Source: Candidatus Saccharimonadota bacterium (GTDB lineage Bacteria > Patescibacteriota > Saccharimonadia > Saccharimonadales > UBA4665). From it: a stretch of DNA of 64,000 bases. Shown in pieces: positions 19,226 to 26,514 of this stretch. Both the position numbers and the translations under genes were made by a program. Positions within the stretch are counted from its first letter, which is position 1; every line of letters begins with the position of its first letter. The DNA is taken from NCBI GenBank assembly GCA_025928155.1, contig JAICKC010000003.1, forward strand, positions 9,069-73,068. Reading direction: 5' to 3'. The notes under the pieces were generated by a model that ran no database searches, was not told where the DNA came from, and worked only from the letters and a program-made list of their open reading frames with translations.

Positions 19226-19828
19226 ATGCAGTATTGGATTATCGGAACGCTTATTTTGTCCCTTATTTCGCCCATTTTCTATACTAAGAGTATCCTCGCG
19301 CACAAGGCAAAACCTCACAAGGTTACCCGGCTGATCGTCTGGCTAGCCTCTATCGCCGGTATCTTGGCGGTTGTTCATTCGAACAATGGAGCGGGTAAGG
19401 TATTTGCCGGTATATTCTTGGCCCGCGCGACCTACCTTCTGGTATTGGCAATGCTATACGGCGTGGGCGGAGCGTCAAGGCTGGATCGCACTTGTTTAGT
19501 AATTGGCGTGCTGGCGTTGGGTATCTATGCGACAACTGGCAGCGGGTTACTGGCGCTATCGTGCGCGGTACTTTCGGACCTCATAGGGTATATACCGACC
19601 TTCGTTAAGACCTGGCGCGAACCGACCAGTGAAAGCGCAACGTTCTTTGCCATCGAAGGCCTCGCCGCGTTTTTAGGCGTGCTAGCGATCTGGCAGCTGA
19701 GGGTGGATATCATCTTGCCGGTATATTTCACGCTCTGCTGCGTCATTGTCGTGCTGCTTATTTATCGTAAGAGGATAGCGGGCGCCTTAAAGCTGCGCGG
19801 CGCAACGACACTTGATTCACCTCAGTAA
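19226..19828 (+). CDS. Polytopic membrane protein; paralog of 51827-52405
   Basis: Six hydrophobic helices. Shares the K(A/T)KPH...W motif and the basic loop (VKTWREP / IRKAYRKP) with the other copy. Confidence 0.6.
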   Translation: MQYWIIGTLILSLISPIFYTKSILAHKAKPHKVTRLIVWLASIAGILAVVHSNNGAGKVFAGIFLARATYLLVLAMLYGVGGASRLDRTCLVIGVLALGIYATTGSGLLALSCAVLSDLIGYIPTFVKTWREPTSESATFFAIEGLAAFLGVLAIWQLRVDIILPVYFTLCCVIVVLLIYRKRIAGALKLRGATTLDSPQ

Positions 19829-19848
19829 AGTCGGCTTGTGGCGCGCGG

Positions 19849-20496
19849 TTAAAACAAATGCTTTGCCGCGAGCTCCGTCAACTCCTCCCGGACTACTACC
19901 AGCTCGGCGAAGTCAGGAAACTGCTGCTTAAGGTGTTCGGCCCGGGCTACAAAGTTGCTGCGCAGCTCCTCGGGGGTGATGTATGAGCGCAGCGTTGCTC
20001 CCCGGTCGGCGAAATGCACCAGTATAGGCGTCCATTTATCGATAATACGCACAAAACGTGCTTCCATAACTTCCTGCGCTTCATACTGAATAACGAGCTT
20101 TACGAAACTCGGTATACCAGCAAAGTCCTCCCTTAACCGGCGCAGCCCTGTCGCTTCACGCCTAGCTTTTTGCTTTAATTCTTCCCGGCTTAGGGTATGC
20201 GTGTTTGTGTCGCCCACATACGCCTCCGCGGCGTCGTGGATGGTCGCAAAGCGAGCCACTAGATTTGCGTCCAGGCCGGGATAATACAACTCGGCGATAG
20301 CCGGGGCGATTATAGCCAACATCGCGGAATGTTCAGCAACATTCTCAGCCCTCCCCGTTACATGTCGTACGAGTGTACGGTCTTCAAGAGCTAGGCGTGA
20401 TGAAAGTGCCGTCAGCTGAAGGGCAGTGTAGGCGATATCGGACATGTCAGGCAGTCTTGCGAGAAGCTGGAACGTCTGCGATATCGTGTTTTTCAT
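19849..20496 (-). CDS. HD-domain phosphohydrolase (YfbR-like 5'-nucleotidase family), paralog 1 of 3
   Basis: ENVAEHSAMLAIIA and TIHDAAEAYVGDT (H...HD...D metal ligands). Confidence 0.75.
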   Translation of the reverse strand: MKNTISQTFQLLARLPDMSDIAYTALQLTALSSRLALEDRTLVRHVTGRAENVAEHSAMLAIIAPAIAELYYPGLDANLVARFATIHDAAEAYVGDTNTHTLSREELKQKARREATGLRRLREDFAGIPSFVKLVIQYEAQEVMEARFVRIIDKWTPILVHFADRGATLRSYITPEELRSNFVARAEHLKQQFPDFAELVVVREELTELAAKHLF

Positions 20497-20630
20497 AGGT
20501 AAATGATAGCAAACTCCTCTAAGAACGCACGGCTTTCTTTGTCGGATACCTTACAGATGCAGGGCTAGGGGCATATATACTCTACGGTGGACGTCACAAG
20601 ACGTCTACCCATCGCAGAAGGGAGCTACGT

Positions 20631-21623
20631 GTGCGACGCGTACTTCACGGAAGCCAGCTGGCGCTGGGATCGGTGATCGCAGTCCTTGCTGCACTCACCA
20701 TCATCCCTACGCCCGCTCTCGCGGCACCGCAGCACAGCATCAACGGCCAACCTTGTCTGGTCGACAGTCCACCAGCGGGCTCGGCCATGCCCACCCCCTT
20801 CCTCAAGCTGCCGTTCCGGCAACGCGACGGAATAGGGTCAACGTATGACAGCCAGGGGTGGATTACCTCCCCTGACGAGCTCGCCATCGACGACGAGGTC
20901 AACGGCGACCTGCATGGCGCCAACGACCTGGAGTTCGTTAACAAGCCGGACTACGGTTACGGGCTCCCCATTCTCGCCGCCGCCAGCGGTCGGGCGTACT
21001 ACAGCTATCAGTACATCAGCGGGACTTGGACTGACCCGGTAACGGGTATCACCCACCAAGTCGGCATGGGTGCAGGCCTCGTTGTGGAAATTCGGCACGC
21101 CAAGGATCAGGCGGGTAACCCAGGCTGGGTTACCCAGTACATTCACCTGTCCAAGGTGGCACCGGGAATCCCGTATCTGCAGGCAACGGCTGTAGATGAC
21201 CCGAACGACCCCATTCACCCTGACTGGTTCCCCACGGGGCTCATCCAGGACGACGACACGCTCTGGAATCTCGGCGTACCGGTCACCCAGGGCCAAGTCA
21301 TCGGTTACATGGGCGATACCGGTATTGGGTATGACTGGAAGGATAACTTCAACCCAGTGACCGGCCAGGTCGCACCGCGCAATCGTGCCGTACTCAAGCC
21401 GTGGGATCCCCCACAGCTGCACTTCCAGCTATACCGGGGCCGGGTTAATGGTGTCAAGCAAGACATCGTTGACCCCTTCGGGCTCTATGCCCAAGTGTGT
21501 CCAGGTGAGTGGAAGCCACTGCGGCCGACCACCAACCCCTACACACCACTACCGGGTATGGTCCGCGCAGCACCGGTTACCGCGTGGATTACCCACGCTG
21601 GCCGACCGGTCTACGCCGGCTAG
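20631..21623 (+). CDS. Secreted M23 (LytM-type) metallopeptidase
   Basis: GTG start behind the SD gaagggag. Signal peptide ...IIPTPALA|AP. M23 motifs YIHLSKV, GYMGDTG and HFQLY. Sampled lines are about 62-65% GC. Confidence 0.8.
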   Translation: MRRVLHGSQLALGSVIAVLAALTIIPTPALAAPQHSINGQPCLVDSPPAGSAMPTPFLKLPFRQRDGIGSTYDSQGWITSPDELAIDDEVNGDLHGANDLEFVNKPDYGYGLPILAAASGRAYYSYQYISGTWTDPVTGITHQVGMGAGLVVEIRHAKDQAGNPGWVTQYIHLSKVAPGIPYLQATAVDDPNDPIHPDWFPTGLIQDDDTLWNLGVPVTQGQVIGYMGDTGIGYDWKDNFNPVTGQVAPRNRAVLKPWDPPQLHFQLYRGRVNGVKQDIVDPFGLYAQVCPGEWKPLRPTTNPYTPLPGMVRAAPVTAWITHAGRPVYAG

Positions 21624-21638
21624 CATTTCTGTGACGGG

Positions 21639-21670
21639 CGGTCGGAGCCTGTGCCTAAAGGCTCCGACCG
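21639..21670 (+). terminator. GC-rich hairpin after the M23 gene (11-bp stem, no U-tract)
   Basis: cggtcggagcc (21639-49) pairs with ggctccgaccg (21660-70). Confidence 0.5.
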
Positions 21671-21710
21671 ACTCATCTTAAGGTTCTCAAGTACGTATTA
21701 GTCCTAGGAA

Positions 21711-22283
21711 CTACAGAGAGACTTTTACGCCTGCTTTTATCAGTTCACCTTTGAGCTGCTTGGCAGACAAGAATCGAATGCTCGCAATGCCTATCTTTTC
21801 GGCTGCCGCAACATGTCCTGGATTGTCATCAATAAAAATCGCTTCAGATGCAGACACTCCCAACTTTGACAGCGTATGCTCAAATATTTCTGCACTCGGT
21901 TTTACCATACCCACCTCGCTTGAGATCACTATCTCGTGGAAGTGTCGCTCCAGATCATGCGCCACAAGTAGTTTGCGGATAAACGCTGAGGGGGCATTAG
22001 ACAACAGGGCAATGCGATATCCAGACTTAAGGCTATCGGCAACGGTTACGACTTCCTCATCAACCCGAGCAGTCGCATCGAGTTCTTCACTTGTCACCTT
22101 TCGCCCCTGGAGTTCGCTCAGCCGCTCCAAGAATTGTTCGACCGTTATATTACCCAAATCCATCTGGCGATTTGCCTCAAAGTAGGCTCCTTCATGCGGG
22201 ATGCCGTTGGTCCGCAGCCAAGCTTTGTACGAGTCAGTACGGAAAACGTCAAAGAAGTCAAAGATTATTGCCTTAATCATCAC
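21711..22283 (-). CDS. HAD superfamily hydrolase-like protein
   Basis: Motif I is degenerate (IIFDFFDVF). Motif IV is FIDDNPGHV. Length is typical of the IA subfamily. Confidence 0.65.
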   Translation of the reverse strand: MMIKAIIFDFFDVFRTDSYKAWLRTNGIPHEGAYFEANRQMDLGNITVEQFLERLSELQGRKVTSEELDATARVDEEVVTVADSLKSGYRIALLSNAPSAFIRKLLVAHDLERHFHEIVISSEVGMVKPSAEIFEHTLSKLGVSASEAIFIDDNPGHVAAAEKIGIASIRFLSAKQLKGELIKAGVKVSL

Positions 22284-22651
22284 CTAAACTATAGCAAAGA
22301 AAAACTCCCCATCCTGAGGGGTTTAAATATAAGCTTCTTGGAGTGGTGCCGCTGAAGTCAGTTGCGTGAGCATCTGCTACATCTCCTTTGCGGGTAGCGC
22401 GTTACCGCTCCTCAGGACATAGCTCCATGTGCCCTCTCTGACTATTTACAGGTGTCGAGGGGGTGACTGCGAGCTAAGCGGTATTGCGTTCTAGTCGTAC
22501 GGGTAGCGCTGAGTAATTGATACCGTCATTACTCAGACTATATCAAATAGACATTCCCTAGCACGAGGAGTCGTTATATAAGCACGCATGGAGGGCCCAA
22601 TACTACTCTGCTGCAACCGCTCTACAAAGAAATGAATTCGAACTTAGTGAG

Positions 22652-22681
22652 TTAAGCCCCGGCGTATAATCCGGGGCTTAA
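22652..22681 (-). terminator. Hairpin terminator downstream of hsp20
   Basis: 11-bp stem ttaagccccgg / ccggggcttaa with an 8-nt loop, starting 8 nt after the hsp20 stop. Confidence 0.65.
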
Positions 22682-22688
22682 CTGTCGC

Positions 22689-23156
22689 TTAGCTTTTAGC
22701 GGCTAGCTCTTTACTGTTGCCGGATGAGATAGAAATTCGTTTCGCTTCCGGCCGCTCAACCGGAACTTTAATTTTCAAAATACCTTTATCAAGCTCAGCC
22801 TCAATGTTATCGGCATTAGCGCCTTCCGGCAAAACTACGCGACGGGCGAAGCTTGCACGGCTTTCCCGCATCAGGTAGTTGCGCTTCTTGTCGTCGTCCT
22901 TTTGCTTACTTGCTGTTTCACCTTTGATTTCGAGTACCCCGTTTCGGACATTGATTTCAATATCGTCTTCACTAAAGCCGGGCGCCTGCATTTCAACAAC
23001 CATGTGCTTGTCATCTTCACTATAGATATCCACCGATGGCATACTGAAGCCAGTTGGCAGGCCTGTACTTTTCCAAAAGTCATCCAGCAGACGATCAAAT
23101 TCTTCAAAAGTTGATAGTCCGAGAGAAGAGCTTGGACGACGAATGATATCCATCAT
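22689..23156 (-). CDS. Hsp20 / alpha-crystallin family small heat-shock protein
   Basis: ACD signature: VDIYSEDDKHMVVEMQAPGFSEDDIEINVRNGVLEIKGE...F.R.V.LP...A.L..GIL.I.VP. Confidence 0.9.
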   Translation of the reverse strand: MMDIIRRPSSSLGLSTFEEFDRLLDDFWKSTGLPTGFSMPSVDIYSEDDKHMVVEMQAPGFSEDDIEINVRNGVLEIKGETASKQKDDDKKRNYLMRESRASFARRVVLPEGANADNIEAELDKGILKIKVPVERPEAKRISISSGNSKELAAKS

Positions 23157-23322
23157 ATAAACTCCCTTCTTGCCTCACCGTAGCATTGCTTCAAGGGGTG
23201 ATACGCCTAGAGGAGTTGGCATTAATGTATCTCTCAACCCCAGAAGCTACCTTACGGAGTATAGACATGCATTTAAGTTAATCATCTTGGTAAGTTACCT
23301 TACCTTACTTCAGTTTAGAAAA

Positions 23323-23349
23323 CTAGCACTCTCATGTCAAGAGTGCTAG
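23323..23349 (-). promoter_or_regulatory. CIRCE operator (HrcA site) overlapping the hsp20 promoter
   Basis: CTAGCACTC-tcatgtcaa-GAGTGCTAG versus consensus TTAGCACTC-N9-GAGTGCTAA. On the coding strand the spacer contains TTGACA, followed 17 nt later by TAAACT (23312-17). Confidence 0.85.
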
Positions 23350-23443
23350 TTAGTGCAACCGACTGTCATCTGCAATAACAGATTGATAGATGTGGTGCTG
23401 ATTGGTGAACTTCCACTGAAGTCCGGGAATCTTCGGTGCTAGA

Positions 23444-23944
23444 TTAGTATGTAGAAGGAATGCCTGCCAAGAGCTTTTCGATCATCGGTACTGCAGCCTC
23501 CAGGTAGCTGGTCATCTTCATGTTTGGAGCGTCTATCCGCAATCTTTCTAAGGAATAACTTTCTGCTTTTTCAATTGCAGCCTCTTCAAGTTTATACGGA
23601 CCTTCACTCCTGCCGATGAAGACCGTAACGATCTCTTTGTCTGCCTCGGAGGTAAACTTACCAATCTCCCGAAGTGAAGTCTTTATGCCTAATTCCTCTT
23701 CAGTCTCACGAATTGCAGCTTCAAGATATGACTCGCCAGCTTGAACGTGTCCAGCGGCCGAGCCTGACCAATACAGGGGATAGGTTTTCTTGGTAGACTT
23801 ACGTTGCTGTAGGTAGAGTTCGCTTTTTGAGTTGACGAGAATGACAAATGAAACCCTGCTAAGCAGACTTTTTTGTCTGACTTCGTCTTTTGGTGCAGAG
23901 CCAATTACCGTATCGTTTGCGTCTACAATATCAACGATTTCCAT
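23444..23944 (-). CDS. NUDIX hydrolase
   Basis: Nudix box GHVQAGESYLEAAIRETEEELGI. Confidence 0.8.
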   Translation of the reverse strand: MEIVDIVDANDTVIGSAPKDEVRQKSLLSRVSFVILVNSKSELYLQQRKSTKKTYPLYWSGSAAGHVQAGESYLEAAIRETEEELGIKTSLREIGKFTSEADKEIVTVFIGRSEGPYKLEEAAIEKAESYSLERLRIDAPNMKMTSYLEAAVPMIEKLLAGIPSTY

Positions 23945-23984
23945 GTCGGAAGTATACCAAACGAGGAGACCCCTCTGCCGAGCA

Positions 23985-24014
23985 GTCTTTCATAGTGCTT
24001 ATGCTTGGAGGGCC
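23985..24014. repeat. Distal direct repeat (att-like): copy of the tRNA-Lys 3' end plus its downstream flank
   Basis: gtctttCatagtgcttatgcttggagggcc matches 25851-25880 at 29/30 positions. Confidence 0.75.
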
Positions 24015-24048
24015 GCCGTAGATGTTATCGCAACTCATATTGAGCTTG

Positions 24049-24627
24049 TTAGTGTAGTTTCTCGCCTCGATTTAACATATCGATAAATTTCTCGATTTTT
24101 GCCTTTCTGGTTTCCGGCTTTTTAGCGGTTTGTATACGCCAAGAAAACCCGTAAACGTTTGCTTTATTGAGTGTTTCAAAAAATTGTTTAGCTTTTGGAT
24201 TTTTATCCAGTGCAGCCTGAAAATCCTCTGGAACCTGACTATTACTCGGCGAATCATATGCTGCGTCCCATCTGCCAACTTGCTTTGCTGCATCGATTGC
24301 CACACGTCCAGCCGGTTGCATCTTGCCGGAATGAATAAGTGTTTCTACCTTGGCTACGTTGACTTTTGACCAAATGCTTTTTGGGCCCCTAGGGGTAAAC
24401 TTCTGCAGGTAGTAGTCTTTATCGTATGCTTGCTTTTGGCTATCGATCCAGCCGTAGCACAAAGCTTCTTCCAGTGCTTCGTTGTAGCTAACTGACGTTT
24501 TGTCGGATGACTTTTTTGCGTGCTTAAGCCATAAGCCCTGTGGCTGGGTATGGTTCTCTTCAAGCCAAACCCTCCAGTCTTCTTGACTTACGAATAAGCG
24601 AACGGGCAGGTCTTTAAACATTTCCAT
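24049..24627 (-). CDS. YdeI/OmpD-associated (bacteriocin-protection, DUF1801-like) family protein
   Basis: W..WL..NH......W.....K......SY.EA.EEALCYGWIDS...FTPR...S.WS..N pattern. Start set at MEMFKDL (24627). Confidence 0.7.
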   Translation of the reverse strand: MEMFKDLPVRLFVSQEDWRVWLEENHTQPQGLWLKHAKKSSDKTSVSYNEALEEALCYGWIDSQKQAYDKDYYLQKFTPRGPKSIWSKVNVAKVETLIHSGKMQPAGRVAIDAAKQVGRWDAAYDSPSNSQVPEDFQAALDKNPKAKQFFETLNKANVYGFSWRIQTAKKPETRKAKIEKFIDMLNRGEKLH

Positions 24628-24768
24628 AGTCAAAGGATAGCAATAAAAAACTCCTCGAAACAGAGGAGCTTTATAGTGCGTATTTGGAGGGCCATAGTGG
24701 AACTTATCAGGACGAAACTCATGAGGGATGGCGAAATAAGCATTGCAAAAATGTGACATAATATATTT

Positions 24769-25830
24769 ATGGAATCGTCAAATTATGATAAACCTTTGCC
24801 ATCGATTCGTGTTGCCGTAACAGAAACATGTAATCTTCGATGTGATTATTGCCCGACTGATGGTGATAGTGTCGAGATGCAGAACGGTAGTCTTGATACT
24901 GACGGTTTTGAAGACATGCTTACAGCAGCAATTGACGTTGGTTTTACTGATTTTAGTTTCACTGGCGGAGAGCCGTTGTTAAGCAGAAGGACGGCAGACC
25001 GTACTTTTCAATTGGCGCGTTTGGTCAATGATCTGCGTGCTGAAAAAGGCAGTGATGGCTATACCAAGTTGAATACCAACGGAGCCAATCTTCTCAGATA
25101 CCAAGATGGCGTAGTGAGTGCTGGATTTGATGAGCTAAAAGTTAGCCTTGATACATTAAATCCTGCGACATTCGAAGAGCTTGCCAAGCGTAACGAGAAA
25201 GTTTTCGATGCTACCCTACAAGGAATACTTGCTGTTAAAGATGAAGTGCCCGTTCGCTTACAGACGGTTGTCGGTAAATACAATATAGACGAGCTTCCTC
25301 AAATGTTGGATTTTTGTATCGCACATGGATTAGATATCAAGCTATTTGATATAAGCAGATATAATAATGCACTCGCTGGCTCAGGAAATTTTGCAGACAC
25401 GAACTATGTATCTTTGGATGCGGTTAGTCAAATGTTGGAAGAACAATACGGTGAACCAATAATAAAATTTGCTGTTGGTGGATACGGTCATGCAAAGAAA
25501 GTGTTTACTAGCCCAGAAGGAACTCGCATTGAAATCCGAGACACTTCTAAGAGCGCCCAATATTCTCCTGATTTATGTGAAAGCTGCCCGAATTACATGT
25601 GCCAAGACGGGCTATGTAATTTAGTTATCGCAGCCGATGGGCATATAAGATTTTGTCGAGAGGGTGGAGCCGAGCAAACAATCCCTACTCAAAACGAGCA
25701 TGGTATTAAGTCACTCGATGAACTCAGAAGCGATTTTATGAAAGCGGCTGGCATATTTGCCTTGGCACAGAGTATTGAGCGACCAATCAAGCCACTTCGT
25801 CGATTAATACCACTTACGGTCATCAAATAA
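24769..25830 (+). CDS. Radical SAM enzyme, MoaA-like architecture (N-terminal CX3CX2C plus C-terminal Cys cluster)
   Basis: IRVAVTETCNLRCDYCP, FTGGEPLL, and C-terminal CESCPNYMCQDGLCNLVIAADGHIRFC. Sampled lines are about 37-45% GC. Confidence 0.8.
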   Translation: MESSNYDKPLPSIRVAVTETCNLRCDYCPTDGDSVEMQNGSLDTDGFEDMLTAAIDVGFTDFSFTGGEPLLSRRTADRTFQLARLVNDLRAEKGSDGYTKLNTNGANLLRYQDGVVSAGFDELKVSLDTLNPATFEELAKRNEKVFDATLQGILAVKDEVPVRLQTVVGKYNIDELPQMLDFCIAHGLDIKLFDISRYNNALAGSGNFADTNYVSLDAVSQMLEEQYGEPIIKFAVGGYGHAKKVFTSPEGTRIEIRDTSKSAQYSPDLCESCPNYMCQDGLCNLVIAADGHIRFCREGGAEQTIPTQNEHGIKSLDELRSDFMKAAGIFALAQSIERPIKPLRRLIPLTVIK

Positions 25831-25832
25831 AA

Positions 25833-25858
25833 AGACGTCTCGGCTGAGAAGTCTTTTA
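25833..25858 (+). terminator. Terminator hairpin after the radical SAM gene
   Basis: agacgtctc-ggct-gagaagtct followed by ttttat. It runs into the proximal direct repeat. Confidence 0.55.
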
Positions 25859-25880
25859 TAGTGCTTATGCTTGGAGGGCC
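25851..25880. repeat. Proximal direct repeat (att-like) overlapping the last 9 nt of tRNA-Lys
   Basis: gtctttTatagtgcttatgcttggagggcc. 25872-25880 is the tRNA 3' end including the encoded CCA. Confidence 0.75.
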
Positions 25881-25948
25881 CAGTGGGACTCGAACCCACG
25901 ACACGCGGCTTAAAAGGCCGCTGCTCTAACCAACTGAGCTATGGGCCC
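25872..25948 (-). tRNA. tRNA-Lys (anticodon UUU), CCA encoded
   Basis: The reverse complement folds as a cloverleaf: GGGCCCA-TA-GCTC..GAGC-A-GCGGC-CTTTTAA-GCCGC-GTGTC-GTGGG-TTCGAGT-CCCAC-TGGGCCC-T-CCA. Confidence 0.9.
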
Positions 25949-26029
25949 GCGCTACGGTTGCGGGCAAAATAACTTCTTATATTATCGATATTTTCGGGGA
26001 AAAGTCAATCTGTAGACCCCTGTGCTACT

Positions 26030-26500
26030 ATGGTAGCTATGGTCACCAACACTACACTCTTCCAATATTGTCAGAAGCTCGTAATTCTCTCAAGCGATAA
26101 GCAAAAGGTATTGCTTGCGAAACGCAAAGGCGAGGCGGACTATGATGGCACGTTCTCGTTCATCGGCGGCAAGATGGAAACCACTGATGAAAGCCTATTG
26201 GCCGGCATGAGGCGTGAAAAGGACGAAGAAATTGGTCCAGATGCCAAAGTGCAAATACTGCCCACCGAGAGCTATAACTTACTCTTCAGAAAAAAGGACG
26301 GCAACGTGATGGTGCTGCCGCACATTGCGGGCACTTACGTCTCCGGCGACATACACTTGAGCGACGAGTATAGCGAATATCGGTGGGTTCCGCTCACCGA
26401 TCTCGCCACCTTCGAGCCCAAGATTGATAACATCCCGCTACTTGCCGAGTGGGCAGCACGCAAGCTTACCGAGCCCGGCATAGCACTTACGGAAATTTAG
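26030..26500 (+). CDS. NUDIX hydrolase
   Basis: Nudix box GGKMETTDESLLAGMRREKDEEIG. Confidence 0.8.
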   Translation: MVAMVTNTTLFQYCQKLVILSSDKQKVLLAKRKGEADYDGTFSFIGGKMETTDESLLAGMRREKDEEIGPDAKVQILPTESYNLLFRKKDGNVMVLPHIAGTYVSGDIHLSDEYSEYRWVPLTDLATFEPKIDNIPLLAEWAARKLTEPGIALTEI

Positions 26501-26514
26501 GGCTAAAGTCCGGA

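Noticed and set aside
22330-22650. Possible tmRNA, RNase P RNA, SRP RNA or T-box leader in the HAD-hsp20 gap
   Set aside because: I checked both strands by eye and found none of the diagnostic elements. There is no tRNA-like T-arm or ...CTCCACCA 3' end, no GAGGAAAGTCC, and no GGAA-tetraloop/AGCAGCC SRP motif. A T-box-like string (ggagtggtgccgctga, about 22340) is on the strand that has no downstream gene. The region is kept only as an unexplained structured gap.
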